From the NCBI RefSeq assembly GCF_001194135.2, contig NC_068985.1, positions 31,778,658-31,842,657 on the forward strand: a stretch of 64,000 bases of DNA, in the 5' to 3' direction. Shown one piece after another: positions 23,301 to 33,960 of the stretch. The first letter of the stretch is position 1, and the number at the start of each line of letters is the position of its first letter. The position numbers and the translations under genes were made by a program. Under the pieces are notes generated by a model. It was not told where the DNA came from. It was given only the letters and a program-made list of their open reading frames with translations, and did no database searches. Source of the DNA: Octopus bimaculoides. Taxonomy: Eukaryota.

Positions 23301-26300
23301 ATTTTGCCTCGCAAGGCTAGGATTGATTCAAAACTGTAGGAAAAGACTTGAACAGGTTGTTATATTCAGATCTAATTCAAAACCACTAAATTGCAAAGCA
23401 AACCTATTAACCAAACAGCTATGTGTTGTGACACAGTTGTCATCATCATCGACATTGTTTAACATCCGCCTTCCATACTGGCATGGTTTGACAGGAGCTG
23501 GCCAGGTAGGAGTCTGCACTATACTTTTGTGTCTGTTTCAACATGGATTTTACAGTTGGAAGTCCTTCCTAACACCAACCACCCAGCAGAATGGACTGAG
23601 TGCTTTTTACATGGCACAAGCACAGGTGAGACCAGTTTTGGCATGGTTTTTACAGCTGGATGCCCTTCCAAATGCCAACTACTTTAAAGTGTGGACTGGA
23701 TGCTTTTTCAGTGGCACCAACACTAGCAGGATTACCAAGTAACTTGAGCGGGGAAGAGGCATTGGAAGAGAGAATCTTGTGTCAGATGATGAAAGCTTAT
23801 AGTGAGACAGAGGAGACAGAAACAGGTGTCTTGCTGAAGCAGAGGTACATGGTTACCCAGCCAGAGAGAGAGAGAGAAATGAGGACAGAAACAGGTGTGC
23901 TACTGTAAAGGGAATACATGGTTACCCAACCTGAGAGAAGAGCAGGAGAAGGAGAGAGATGGTGGCAAAATACCAGGCAAACTCACAAGGGACCAGGATG
24001 AGAATATAAATGGGATGGTCAAGTAAAAGGAGAGAGAGATGGTGGCAAGTGTCAGGGTACACCCAAGAGGTATGGAGGTCATAATATAAGTGGCAGGGCA
24101 TTGCCAAAGAAGTGTGAGTCGAGAGTGGGGGAGGGGAATGTTGTGAGTGGTGAAAACTTGGGTATATAGTGGTGGGAGCACTGGATAGCAATGATACAGT
24201 TGTATTCTGTGACATTCAAAATTGAAAATATTAACCCTTTAACATTTACACTAGTTGTATCCAGCCAAAATATTCTACTTGTTTTATGTTGAAACTGGTC
24301 AAATCTGGCCTCTAACACCAACCCTTCATTATCATTTTAAAAATTAACAATTACCTCATCAAGCTCTCAAAGTTACAAGATAATGCACAATGAATTCAAA
24401 ACAATGTGAATAAATAACCATTACATTTGACAAAATAATGTGAATGCTGAAGGGCTAAATAGTAAGTGATATTGAAATGCAAACTTAAAAAAAAAAAAAC
24501 TCATAAAGAACCTATTCTAGCTGAAAACAGGCTAAAATCCCATTTGAAGCTGGAAGTGACTACTGCCAGTCAGCTCAGATATGATCACTTAATAATAGAA
24601 GCATGTTTCTTAATGTCACAAAATGCATTAAGACATGCAACATTTATGCCTGTTAATAATTCAAATCATATAAGTCACTCTAATAAAATGAAATTTTAGC
24701 TTCAAAACCAGTTTGTGCTTTTTTTTTTTTTTTTTTTTTTTTCATAAGGAAACAATCATTGAATCAAAAATTACCACAAACACTTGATTAGCTTCAAATT
24801 CTGCCACACTGAACTGTGTTCTCCTTGCTTAAGGTAATTTAATTGTATTCTCTACACTCTTGCTTCCTGATTAAGATACTTATATTAGTAAGTAATGTAT
24901 ATTTTCAAAACACTAAGATGAGGAACTTGGCAACAGAGTATAAAAAAAAAAGCAATTTTATTTGTTATTTATTTATATTTCTTAAAAATCACAATGTAGC
25001 AGAATAGCAAAGCTTACAAGTCTTCTTGCTCTACTTTGGTTTAAGGAAATATATCTTGAAAACAAAACTACGAATATGCAGTAAATATGTAGAACTATTC
25101 AGTCTTAAAGAATAAAAATGTTTACATTTTTTGTAAATGGCTGAAGTGATTTATAACATTGTAACAAAGCTACATATTTTGGTGATGAGTACAGTTAATA
25201 TAATCAACCTGGTAATTGGTTGGTGCTTTACTTTATCAACCTTAGAAAAGGATGAAAGCAAAGTTGAACTCAGTGTTTGTTGACCTTCATATTATCTGCT
25301 GAAGAGCTAAATTAGCAAGTACTTTGTAATGAAAGCCATTTATATGATAATCTGTATGGAATAATAACTAACAGGTAATGATAATAAAAATACAGTTTCT
25401 TACCTTCTTAGAAGTAATTCGAACTTTGTACTGCACACCTAGTTGTTGTATAGCTGCACCTGGCTTTAGCTCATTGTTATGAAATCCACAATGATCACAG
25501 TTAAATGACATAATAATCACTTCTTTGAAAAATGGAATTTTAGTGAGTAAGATTTTGGTTTTGCCCTGGTACAAAAGATTTTTAACATATCAATAATTAT
25601 TCAAATTGAATTTGTATACCTATCAATAAAAACTTAGTGTTAGAATAGTAGAATTATCTTCATCAACTTCTTACTATATATACAGTTACACTTCCACAAC
25701 ATTAAAAGAAGTAATACCAAGTTTGCAAGCAGATCAAAAATAAATTTACTGTAATTAACCCACTCCATTCTGAGAGAGAAAATATTTTATTACCAACAGA
25801 AGTAATAGCTCTCTGAACTTTATACAATACAATTTGTTCTTATTCTAATAACTATACTTTAAGACCACCATCACCACTGCTAATTGGGTGCCTAAGTAAC
25901 AGAAGCTATCAATTACCTTTAGAGATTCTTGTGGGCTTTTAAGAAAATCTATTTCCTGTGCACTCTTACAGTTTATTACTCTTGTGCATCTGCTACATAC
26001 AAGGTTTACATTCCCTGTCAACCTATGATATCACTGCACTTCTTGTGTATTCATTGCCTGTATTGGGTACATTGTACAGAATTTATATTTTGATAACATA
26101 GTCCATCAATTGCATGCTTTTGAAGTTGCTTCTATCCTTTGCCTTTCTAGCAATTGATGATTAATGATTAGCTATGACACCTATCTGACATGCAGATGGT
26201 TAGTACATGTCCTACTTCACTAGATATTTTCACATCTAAGAGACTAACCTTAACTGTATGTCTGTTTCCCTATCTTCATATCCTTGATTGTGCTTTTGAC

Positions 26301-26888
26301 TATATTAACTATCAACTACAATAGCTGGCACCACATGTTGTCTACTGGGTATTTTCTGAATCTTTTATACGTTATTCTAATTCAGAAATCTCTTGTAGTG
26401 AAGTTTTCACATCTCTTTCTTCTGAGCATCAGCAAGGACAAGTGTGCAGCTATCATTCCATGCACACTTTCCCAGACAATATTTTTATTCACACTGGCAC
26501 ACTGCTTTGTAATCTAACACTTCAAGCTGCTAATCCTTTCAATGTAAAATTTTGGCATCCTTCTTACTGCCAGCTTCTCTCCATAATGTGTCTACATGAT
26601 ATCTAACTTTTCTTTTAGCGACTTGATATTCTTCCTTGTTCTTCCAGAGACATGAAATTAAATTAAGCTAAGAAAATTACTTATTTAGCTATTTAAACAT
26701 TCAACTAGTTTTTCCATTGACAAATATTTCTTTAGCAATGACAATTACTCTTTAAGGAATCAAAAACTGATATTTACCTGTAATTCACAATTGACACAAT
26801 AGCTTTCAATTTCAGTGACATCAGGGTCATCTGCACTAATATTTTGAAATATCTGCACCTTGGCAGGTACTTTATTATCCGTACTCAT
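4700..26888 (-). CDS. ZPR1: Zinc finger protein ZPR1 (ZNF259), 14 coding exons, 440 aa
   Basis: Exons (minus): 26888-26778, 25565-25404, 23044-22960, 21078-21008, 20169-20083, 19710-19670, 16426-16345, 15444-15370, 13825-13759, 13254-13094, 12734-12624, 10616-10527, 7466-7398, 4810-4700; total 1323 nt, phases consistent. Translation [10 protein letters not shown]...[10 protein letters not shown]...[19 protein letters not shown]...IPELDFEIP...[17 protein letters not shown]...[30 protein letters not shown]...[11 protein letters not shown]...[11 protein letters not shown]...[11 protein letters not shown]: two C4 zinc fingers and two A/B domains typical of ZPR1. Confidence 0.97.
5561..6750 (-). 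mobile_element. Mariner DNA transposon, mellifera-like, in the last ZPR1 intron
   Basis: 30-bp TIRs 5561-5590 and 6721-6750 (2 mismatches), TA on both flanks (5559-5560, 6751-6752). Transposase ORF pieces with HTH region, WVPHEL and [20 protein letters not shown] motifs. An N gap (5913-6131) hides the first two catalytic aspartates. Confidence 0.92.
6935..7130 (-). mobile_element. Deu/Nin-domain-type SINE, degraded
   Basis: Minus strand has a B-box-like GTTCTGAGCTCAAATC followed by GTCAATTTTGCCTTTCATTCC, resembling the Deu/Nin core. Related copies at 14545-14718, 20227-20423 and ~25205-25310. Confidence 0.6.
7502..8861 (+). mobile_element. Mariner DNA transposon, cecropia/Hsmar1-like, degenerate, in a ZPR1 intron
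   Basis: Perfect 25-bp inverted repeat TCATTAAGAATGAAATGTCCAATTT (7507-7531 / 8832-8856) with TA flanks at 7500-7501 and 8862-8863. Transposase remnants [56 protein letters not shown], with stops and a deletion. Confidence 0.9.
11053..11462 (-). mobile_element. Older tRNA-head SINE (family A)
   Basis: Diverged reverse copy containing GGCTTCTTTCAGTTTCC.T.TACCAAATCCACTCACAAGG, the head region and the type-1 tail. Confidence 0.7.
12064..12550 (+). mobile_element. tRNA-head SINE (family A, tail type 1)
   Basis: Full head with B-box-like GGTTCATTCCC, core CCGACCAAAGCCTTGTGAGTGGATTTGGTAGACGGAAACTGAAAGAAGCCC, microsatellite and gap, tail ending AAAAGAGTAT repeats. Confidence 0.85.
13255..13758 (-). 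other. U12-type GT-AG intron (ZPR1 coding intron 9)
   Basis: 5' site GTATCCTTTT (13758-13749). Branch point CCTTAAC at 13269-13263 followed by TCTGCTAG at the acceptor. Phase 1 join gives ..KLI-N-IPHF. Confidence 0.92.
14545..14718 (-). mobile_element. Deu/Nin-domain-type SINE
   Basis: Minus strand GTTCTGAGTTCAAATCCGACCAAAGTCAACTTTGCCTTTCATCC. Confidence 0.6.
15890..16288 (+). mobile_element. SINE with family A head and RTE-derived 3' tail (tail type 2)
   Basis: Head TGTGTGGTAAGAG..CCCAACCACATGG..GGTTCAGTCCCACTG and core CCAAAGCTTTGTGAGTGGATTTGGTAG, followed by GGAAGGGTATCCAGCC...GCATGGAAAAGTGG..(GAT)n. Confidence 0.7.
16427..19669 (-). other. U12-type AT-AC intron (ZPR1 coding intron 6), 3243 nt
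   Basis: 5' site ATATCCTTT (19669-19661). Branch point TCCTTAAT (16446-16439) then CTACTTTTCCAC at the 3' end. Splicing joins GAG AAT CC to T CAT GCT CCA, restoring the conserved ENPHAP. No GT-AG alternative restores this frame. Confidence 0.95.
17068..18498 (-). mobile_element. 5'-truncated, internally deleted RTE LINE with PHD-finger-containing ORF piece
   Basis: (GAT)n tail at 17068, repetitive 3' UTR, ORF piece [77 protein letters not shown]. 50-bp tandem duplication at the 5' junction (18399-18498). Confidence 0.8.
20227..20423 (-). mobile_element. Deu/Nin-domain-type SINE, degraded
   Basis: Plus strand AAAAGGATGAAAGACAAAGTTGACCTCAGTAAGATTTGAATTCAG, same family as 6935 and 14545. Confidence 0.55.
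22531..22737 (-). mobile_element. RTE 3' tail copy
   Basis: (CAT)n TAACGTCCAC.CTCCATGCTAGCATGGGTTGGACGG...GGATGCCCTTCCTAACGC.AACCACTC. Confidence 0.75.
22824..22943. repeat. 19-bp minisatellite of self-complementary units, about 6 copies
   Basis: Unit AATCAAG-AATA-CTTGATT-C: 7-bp inverted arms around a 4-nt loop. Exact copies at 22865-22883, 22884-22902 and 22903-22921, with degenerate flanking copies. Confidence 0.9.
23441..23740 (-). mobile_element. Older RTE 3' tail copy
   Basis: CATCATCATCG..TTTAACATCCGCCTTCCAT.CTGGCATGG...CAGCTGGATGCCCTTCC. Confidence 0.6.
24235..24454 (-). mobile_element. Non-autonomous piggyBac-type MITE
   Basis: TTAA|CCCTTTAACATT ... AATGCTGAAGGG|CTAA. Reverse homolog of 45988-46203 and 52886-53098. 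Confidence 0.7.
25900..26650 (-). mobile_element. Old degraded RTE LINE fragment (PHD type)
   Basis: Minus strand [15 protein letters not shown] aligns with [16 protein letters not shown] of the younger copies; many stops. Confidence 0.5.
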
Positions 26889-27643
26889 TTTAACTCTCCA
26901 GCAATTTTTTTACTGAAAACCTACAAATAAATATTGTGAATTTATTAAAGAAAAATATAACATTCACTACTAATCAACAACATATTATCTCAATAATTTC
27001 ACCAGTAGACTATCTCAGATTACTTTCCACTTGGAACAATATTTAAGTTGTTAGGTGGGAAATTTTTTCTTTTGGTATAAGATTTGTTAAATAATATTAC
27101 TATACAATATAGTTAGTTATTCTCAAAATGATTCTAGCTTTCTATGCCAACCAGTTTATATTCTTGTACATTTACTTAGTGTTTCTTAGCATGAACAATG
27201 AAGTCTAAGCTTTGCTAATGGGGTCATAAAACTAAAACATGTCTGGAGTTGTCTCTTACTGAAATAAAATAATATTAGTCAATGATGAATTTAGTTTTTT
27301 TCCTATCTGCATAATTATATCTAGTTAAATACCATCCTAATTAAACAAGACAACTCTTAAATTTTTATTTAATTTAATGAAAATAGAATTTGTGCAATGC
27401 TATAGCAATTGAATGTAATTTTGGCAATACAGTGACAACTATGGGCATGTTAGTGTTTTATTAGACCTCATCTGTGAAGTATAGATTTTTGTGAATAAAC
27501 ACTTTATGGTGTGATCAATTTAAAAAGGGATAAGGGAAATATACCTTGGGACAAACTCTACATGAAAACCAAAATAATCAATGTTAACATAATCTAAAGT
27601 CAAGAAATGTTTAATCTTTTTCCTTATTAAGCATGCTAGGTAT

Positions 27644-27965
27644 AGATGTGGCTTCATGATAAGAAATTTGCTTCCCAACCACATGGTTCTGGATTCAGTC
27701 CAACTGCATGGCATCTTGGGCAAGTGTCTTCTACCACAGCTCTGAGCCAACCAAAATCTTGTGATTTGGTGGACAGAAACTGAAAGAAGCATATCGTGTA
27801 TACATATATTTATGTGTGTGTATTACTGTCTCCATCCCTTGGCATTACATGATAGTTGTAAACAAGTCACCATCATGCAAGTGGTGTCCTTCATTTCCAA
27901 CCTTCTCTGAAGACGTCTAGTCATGGGAAATATAACAATTTCCGTCTGACCCATGCGAGAAAGGA
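27644..27965 (+). mobile_element. SINE with family A head and tail type 2, degraded
   Basis: TGTGGCTTCATGATAAGAAATTTGCTTCCCAACCACATGGTTCTGGATTCAGTCC..GGCATCTTGGGCAAGTGTCTTCTAC followed by the tail-2 body. Confidence 0.6.
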
Positions 27966-29478
27966 AAACTTTACTATTTGAATTTCATGAAGGACATGTC
28001 CTAGTGTATTTTTCCTTCATCTCTATTTCAAGTTATCATGTATCATGTCCAATGGTGTTTCTATACTGCCAAAAATCACATTCACTCTCCATCACTGCAT
28101 TACTCAATTCTATTTCTCATAAAGTTTAAGTTTGGAGTTGTCTCCCCTGTCCATTTTGACCAAAATTGATCGTTAAGTTAATAGTTCTTTCTCCTTATTA
28201 AAATGTTTTGGTTCACTACATTAAGTTGTTAGCATTGACCTCATCTTCCTTTACTGACTATAACTTATACTTGCATCAAGCATAATGAAGCCTGCATCAC
28301 TCTTCCTATTCCATCACCCTTCTCCTAAATTCATCAATGGTTGAGGCACATCGGGGACTTGACCATGGTTTGAAAGGATGCCTACAGTTTATCTTTCCCT
28401 AGATCAGTTCTCAGATGATGACTTAACAGATAATGAGTTTCAGATAAACTTAGTAAGCTGTTATCTTGTTGGTTGTGTGACAACATATCCATGCCAGACA
28501 AAAGAACACTGATAAAAAGAATGAATGACATTAGATCACCAGTAACAAATTGCTTCATATTTTTAAGATGGATCTGTTATTTATTTTACCACACAAATTT
28601 CTATGGTGTGACACGACTAGCTGCATGTCACTGATTTTAATAAATTAAGAATTGGGGAAAATTTTTGTTATTTTATAAGAACAGAATTCAGTTTTCAAAA
28701 CAGGGAACTGCACAAATAAGTGGATTATTTCATCAATCAAGTTGGTAAAAACTTCAAAAAATTACATCAAGTCTTGAAACTGCATAATATCTAAAGTTAG
28801 CATTCTGGTGATGCATGAATAAGTAGACAACAGAAGAAATTATAACCATGTAACAAGTGTAATAAAATCAGAAGTAAAACAATATTTATCAACAATTCAG
28901 TCAAGAGCAGCAAATTCAAGGTACACCAAGATTTCTGATACACGAACAACTTGTTCTATTACTAGAAGTTATTTAATTTTCTAAATACAAAATTAATCTA
29001 AAGAATGAGAACAGAAGTATGGTAAATCAGTACTGAATCCTAAAACTATCGAGGAAACTAATATTCTCAGACTGTTGATATCTACACCGAGAGAAGAGGC
29101 TCTGGTTTGGATAATTCTAATACATTTTCATCTTTGGTTCTGAAGAAAATTTCTAAATTTTGGCAAATAGTGGTGACTGTTTATTTTTATGGGCCTTCAA
29201 AATTGCTCTTTATCTTTTCTATCAGTTGACAGCATTTCATACTCGGAAGGTAGGTACAATATTACCAACTGTGTACATTTTCCTTCAATAAAAGAAAAGA
29301 TGTACACACAAAAGTATTTGAAACTATTTGCTCATTAAAAAGTAATTTGTAACCTACTTTTTTTATCATGAGATTGTGAAAATGGCTTTCACAATGCACT
29401 AAACTACATTTTCAGTCAACAAATTATAATTGTCAGCTTCCTATTTCATTTGAATCAATGCAGCAAAAATCTTGTTAA

Positions 29479-29698
29479 CCCTTTCCTTACCAACCTGGCT
29501 GAAACCAGCTCTGGCTCTGAATACAAATGTCTTGTTTTCGTAAGTTTTGAATTAAAATCTTCCATCAAACGTAAGTTACAATTTATGTTCCTAACACTAG
29601 CTGAATGATAACTAAGTTATTTTACTAAATTCTTTGTTATATTTAAAGTAATTGAAAGAAACATAGAGCATCTCAAAATAAATACAGTAATGAAAGGG
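29479..29698. mobile_element. piggyBac-type MITE, second family
   Basis: TTAA|CCCTTTCCTTAC ... GTAATGAAAGGG|TTAA. TTAA at 29475-29478 and 29699-29702; interior unrelated to the 45988 family. Confidence 0.7.
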
Positions 29699-31629
29699 TT
29701 AAAGAATATCATAATGAGTAAGTATGCCTCGAGTGCAAGATACTGTTAGCCTTAGCTTTTATTCCCTACACCATACTGTTGATGCTTTTGAAGTAATTCA
29801 TATCCATCTGACAACTTTAAAGACATGAATTAGTGGACCTGTTAGCTGTAGATAGGAACATGATTTACAATACTTGTGAACTTTGTAGCTAGTTGATTCT
29901 CATAGCATTCTTCTAGGTCAACCATGCACAAAAATGCAGTTCAAGATATGGTTGGTTATGTGTAACCAACAGTTTATAAGATTGTTGAAACTACTTGTCT
30001 AAAACAATCACATACAAAGAATTTTTGTCCCATATATCAATGCTTGTGTAAGTGGAACAAAGTAACATCCTAAATGTGAGAGAACTGCAGTAGCAATTAT
30101 CACACTGGTAAGATCATATAATGAACTGGACTATGAGGATTTTATGTGAAGTATATCTTAAAATACAGAATTGTATTTTTGAGGTATTTCATGGTTATTA
30201 AGTCTCTAATAATATTCTTTTATCAGTGTCCTTGAGTAATGGTACTCTTTTGGTAATTAAATTCAGTCATATTTATTTACTCATAAACTACCTGAAAGGT
30301 ATAGTGACTGATGTGAAACTAAATAAATCAATAACATATTTCTAATATCATCACTTTTGGAACAATGTTGAAGAGGTGTTACTGTCACTTGAAATTGTTT
30401 TGATTATTTCATTTGAAGGATATAGTTTCATTCATTCTTTTGTTGGCACACTTTTGTCAAGTGCACACTACTTGGTCAAATGGAGGTCACCATAAAGTTG
30501 GTGATAGAACACTTTCTACATTCAGCTAATGCTGAGACCAACCAAAGAATTTAAGTGAAGGGATTCATTCTGGAAGTCTAAGTCTCATATTCATATAGTG
30601 TATGGAATTGATTGATAGAAGTGAAAATGGAATATCATAACATTTCCAAGTGCAAGTGATTTGGCTTCAGCAGAAAAGTAAGACAAGTTTTGTTGAAGAT
30701 ACAACAACTATATTTCTATCCTTATTACATATACTAACTTCTTAGCAAGCACCAGTCTCCAGATTAGATGGAATTAAGATAGTATAATGTTCATGGCTCA
30801 CTGAAACATTAACTTACACTTCTTCATTTGATAATAATCAGTGGAAAGGCACTAAAGTTTTTCAGTCTAATGCTCTTCCAAACATGTTACATAAAGACTT
30901 CTCTGAACAATATGAAGATTCCAGATTGGGTTTTAGGCACCTTTTCAGATGTTGAGAAAACAGAAATACAGAAAAGTAGGTGACTTGTGAGATTTGGCTG
31001 TTATTATTAGCAGATTGATTGTTCACATTTTCTTGTTGGCTTGTGCTGGATTTTGTTTTATGGATACCAGTCCTGCAATGATTATATTTAGTTGATAAGT
31101 TTAAGAGTTTTATTCATGTACATAATGTCTGCTACCTCTGTATCCTGTATGCGCATGTAAGGATAGAGAAAATGTGTCTGGTTGTTGAGAAATGTTTTAT
31201 AAAGCATATACATTGTGTTAGAAATGTACCTGGTTGTGGAGAAAAATTAGAATGGTTCAGTAACTTTTGAGTCAATATCTGTTTCTGTTTTGCCATCCTT
31301 CAAAAGTAAGTATTTATTCTAAATATAAATGCATGTCATTTATTGTTATATCCAGTTTAGATTTGTCAAAGAACAAACCCTGTCACATACTTCCTGTTTT
31401 CAACTATTGGAGCACTATGTATAATTGTTTTTACAACCATGTATAATGTATGTATAAATAATTATTCATATTTACAATGTATGTATAAATATTTCTGATC
31501 AACCGACGGTTAGCAAATCTTTCCAAAATCTCCAAAGTACCCGAAATACCAACTGACTGGGACAAGTTATTCAAAGTTCACTTTTCAGCCTAGATCTCTG
31601 CCTTGATCAACAATTCTAAATTTCTGCTG

Positions 31630-32336
31630 TGCGCTGACAACCCTGGGGGTGGGGAGGGGACTTTCGGAAAATTCACAAGATCTGATTTTTCTGCCATAAC
31701 TTCGGGTAAAATGGATATATATTGATTTTTTTTTTTACAAAATCCCACATTTTTGGTTATGGAGGATCCGATTCTGAAAAAAATTTGCTTGTAAAATTTC
31801 AATTTTTCAACAAGGAAAATATATATATATATANNNNNNNNNNNNNNNNNNNNNNNNNNNNNNNNNNNNNNNNNNNNNNNNNNNNNNNNNNNNNNNNNNN
31901 NNNNNNNNNNNNNNNNNNNNNNNNNNNNNNNNNNNNNNNNNNNNNNNNNNTTTTTTTTTTTTTTTTTTTTGCGAAATACGTAGAAAAATACGAAGATTAC
32001 GATTCTGAAAAAAATTTGCTTGTAAAATTTCAATTTTTCAACAAGGAAAATATATATATATATATATATATATATACACTCAGGCCTTCAAGCAGGCTAT
32101 CCACATGCTAGAAATAACAGCCAAATCTCACAAAACTGCGATAACTTAATGAAATTTTGAGAATGAGATTTTTGGAAATTTTTTTTCAGAATTGGATCCT
32201 CTATAATCAAAAACGTGGGGTTCCATAAAAAAAAAATCAATATATATCCATTTTACCCGAATTTATGACGGAAAAATCGGATCTTGTGAATTTTCCGAAA
32301 GTCCCATCCCCACCACCCCAGAGTCGTCAGCGAGCA
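31630..32336. mobile_element. Fold-back/MITE element with ~155-bp terminal inverted repeats
   Basis: 31630-31783 is the reverse complement, with scattered mismatches, of 32179-32336. The ORF track shows EKSDLVNFPKVPSPPP on both strands. The interior contains an N gap. Confidence 0.85.
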
Positions 32337-32492
32337 TTATTTTTTTCATATTCGTTTTCTACACACTTGTTAACACCCACCAGGCTGGTTATTTATTTAT
32401 TTTTTTGTTCCCGGGTGAGGATCTTTATATTGACCTTTTCTTTTCCGTTTTCTGAGTGCTGTTCAAATTAAAATGAAAGTAGGTTTCCTTAC

Positions 32493-32530
32493 TTTTCTAC
32501 AAGTGCTAGCTACTTCCGCGGGTGCTTCTC
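32493..32530 (-). promoter_or_regulatory. Probable ZPR1 TSS region and short non-coding first exon
   Basis: The first coding exon starts with a splice acceptor (CT at 26921-26922 on plus) 32 nt before the ATG and has an in-frame upstream stop, so an upstream exon is required. Here a CpG-containing patch has an ETS-type CGGAAGT (minus 32518-32512) followed by donor GTAAGG (32492-32487). Confidence 0.5.
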
Positions 32531-32664
32531 AAGCTCAAATTAAATTATTTCTATTTCTTTACACATCTGCCAGTGATCACCAAGAGAAAGTATTTTTCCG
32601 CGAAAAATAAATAAATAAAATGCACATGCTTCTGGGTTTGGTTCTTGTATTTCACGTAAACTTC

Positions 32665-32803
32665 GGTAATTTTTCAGATTAACACCCGCACGATCTTCAC
32701 TAGGGTGTTAGGGTTAGGGTTTTAGGGTCAGGGTTCGGGACGGAGTAACCCTAACCCTAACACTCTAGTGAAAATCGTGCCGGTGTTAATCTGAAAATTT
32801 ACC
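32665..32803. repeat. Hairpin-forming inverted repeat with telomere-type TTAGGG/CCCTAA repeats at its centre
   Basis: Left arm TTTTCAGATTAACACCCGCACGATCTTCACTAGGGTGTTAGGGTTAGGGTT pairs with right arm AACCCTAACCCTAACACTCTAGTGAAAATCGTGCCGGTGTTAATCTGAAAA (3 mismatches over ~50 bp). Confidence 0.85.
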
Positions 32804-33489
32804 TAAACTTCTTTGTACACACCATATTTTCTAGAAAATACGCCATGCTTCCCTCATTTCACGTAATTTCTATTATTCTATTTCGTTTAAAGATTTACTC
32901 CGCTGCCACCAAACAAATACCAATTTTCAGAAGAATTGTCGAGTAATCTAAAATAATATTGTTTAAAACCATTTTACTTTCTTAAATTTAATGCAATAAG
33001 CTAAAATACAAATGTATTTAAACGAATACTGAAGGGTGTAATGAAATTGATATTTCTGGAAAATTTGAAAAGAAAAAAAAATTATTTTCATAAGCTAAAA
33101 AAAGGTCACTTAAAAAGATATGAAAAATAGACTATTATAAAAGTAAAAATTCTTACTTTAAATATCAATAAATAAAAATTTAATTACTTACTAGCCACAA
33201 TCAACAGTATTTTAAAACTGTTATTAACATGTTCGTAAGTAACGGTGTTTAGTTAGAAATGAAACTGTAGAATTTACTGTCAGTTATCGGCCTTTGGAGA
33301 TAAGCTCAGCTGCATATTTTTAACTTACGCCTCAACATTTCACATTTTTAATAGATTCAATGTCTTAATAACCAAGGCACTACTGGAGTTATATTTTAAA
33401 GAATATATGAAAGTTCTCGGATCTATTTTAAAACGGGGGCGCCAGTTTTCATTTATGTTTTATGTAGTGTTTTTGGTACGGAAAGACTT

Positions 33490-33960
33490 TCAAACTTCGT
33501 ATACTTATCTATTTTGTGTTATAGAACAGAAAAAAAATTTTGTATTCGAATTTATTTCATGTAAAAAAATTGTCTTATTTCGATAATTTCTACTAATCAC
33601 TGACGTCTATTCAGTTGAAAACAGTTAGCGCTGTAACGGTGTATATCGTATTAATCCCCTAACCCTAACTAGACTGTTAACCGTAACCGTAAAACTAACC
33701 GTAACCGTAAAACTAACCCTAACTCTAAAATCCGAACTCTAAAATTGTTACACGCACAGATACGCACAGCGTAATTTATTATATAAGCAATATATGCGTA
33801 TAAATTACGATTAAACCGGATGAAATATGTCACAGGGAATAATATTTTTTATGACCGCCCAGCAGTAACTCTATTCAGCTGAATAGACGTCAGTGATTGG
33901 TTGAAATTACAGAAATACGACAACTAAGAGTAAAAGATGTTTTATATGACACATTCTACC
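33490..33960. mobile_element. Inverted-repeat element enclosing TAACCC/TAACCG arrays
   Basis: Core arms 33584-33618 and 33874-33909 (about 35 bp, 3 mismatches) with more degenerate extension outward. Interior has CCCTAACCCTAA and (TAACCG)2 AAAAC repeats at 33655-33730. Confidence 0.65.

Noticed and set aside
29700-31300. Possible very old retroelement pol remnant
   Set aside because: Only vague motif resemblance; no convincing run of conserved residues could be read.
31770-32070. Exact ~60-bp direct repeat on both sides of an N gap
   Set aside because: Most simply an assembly overlap across the gap; cannot be trusted without reads.
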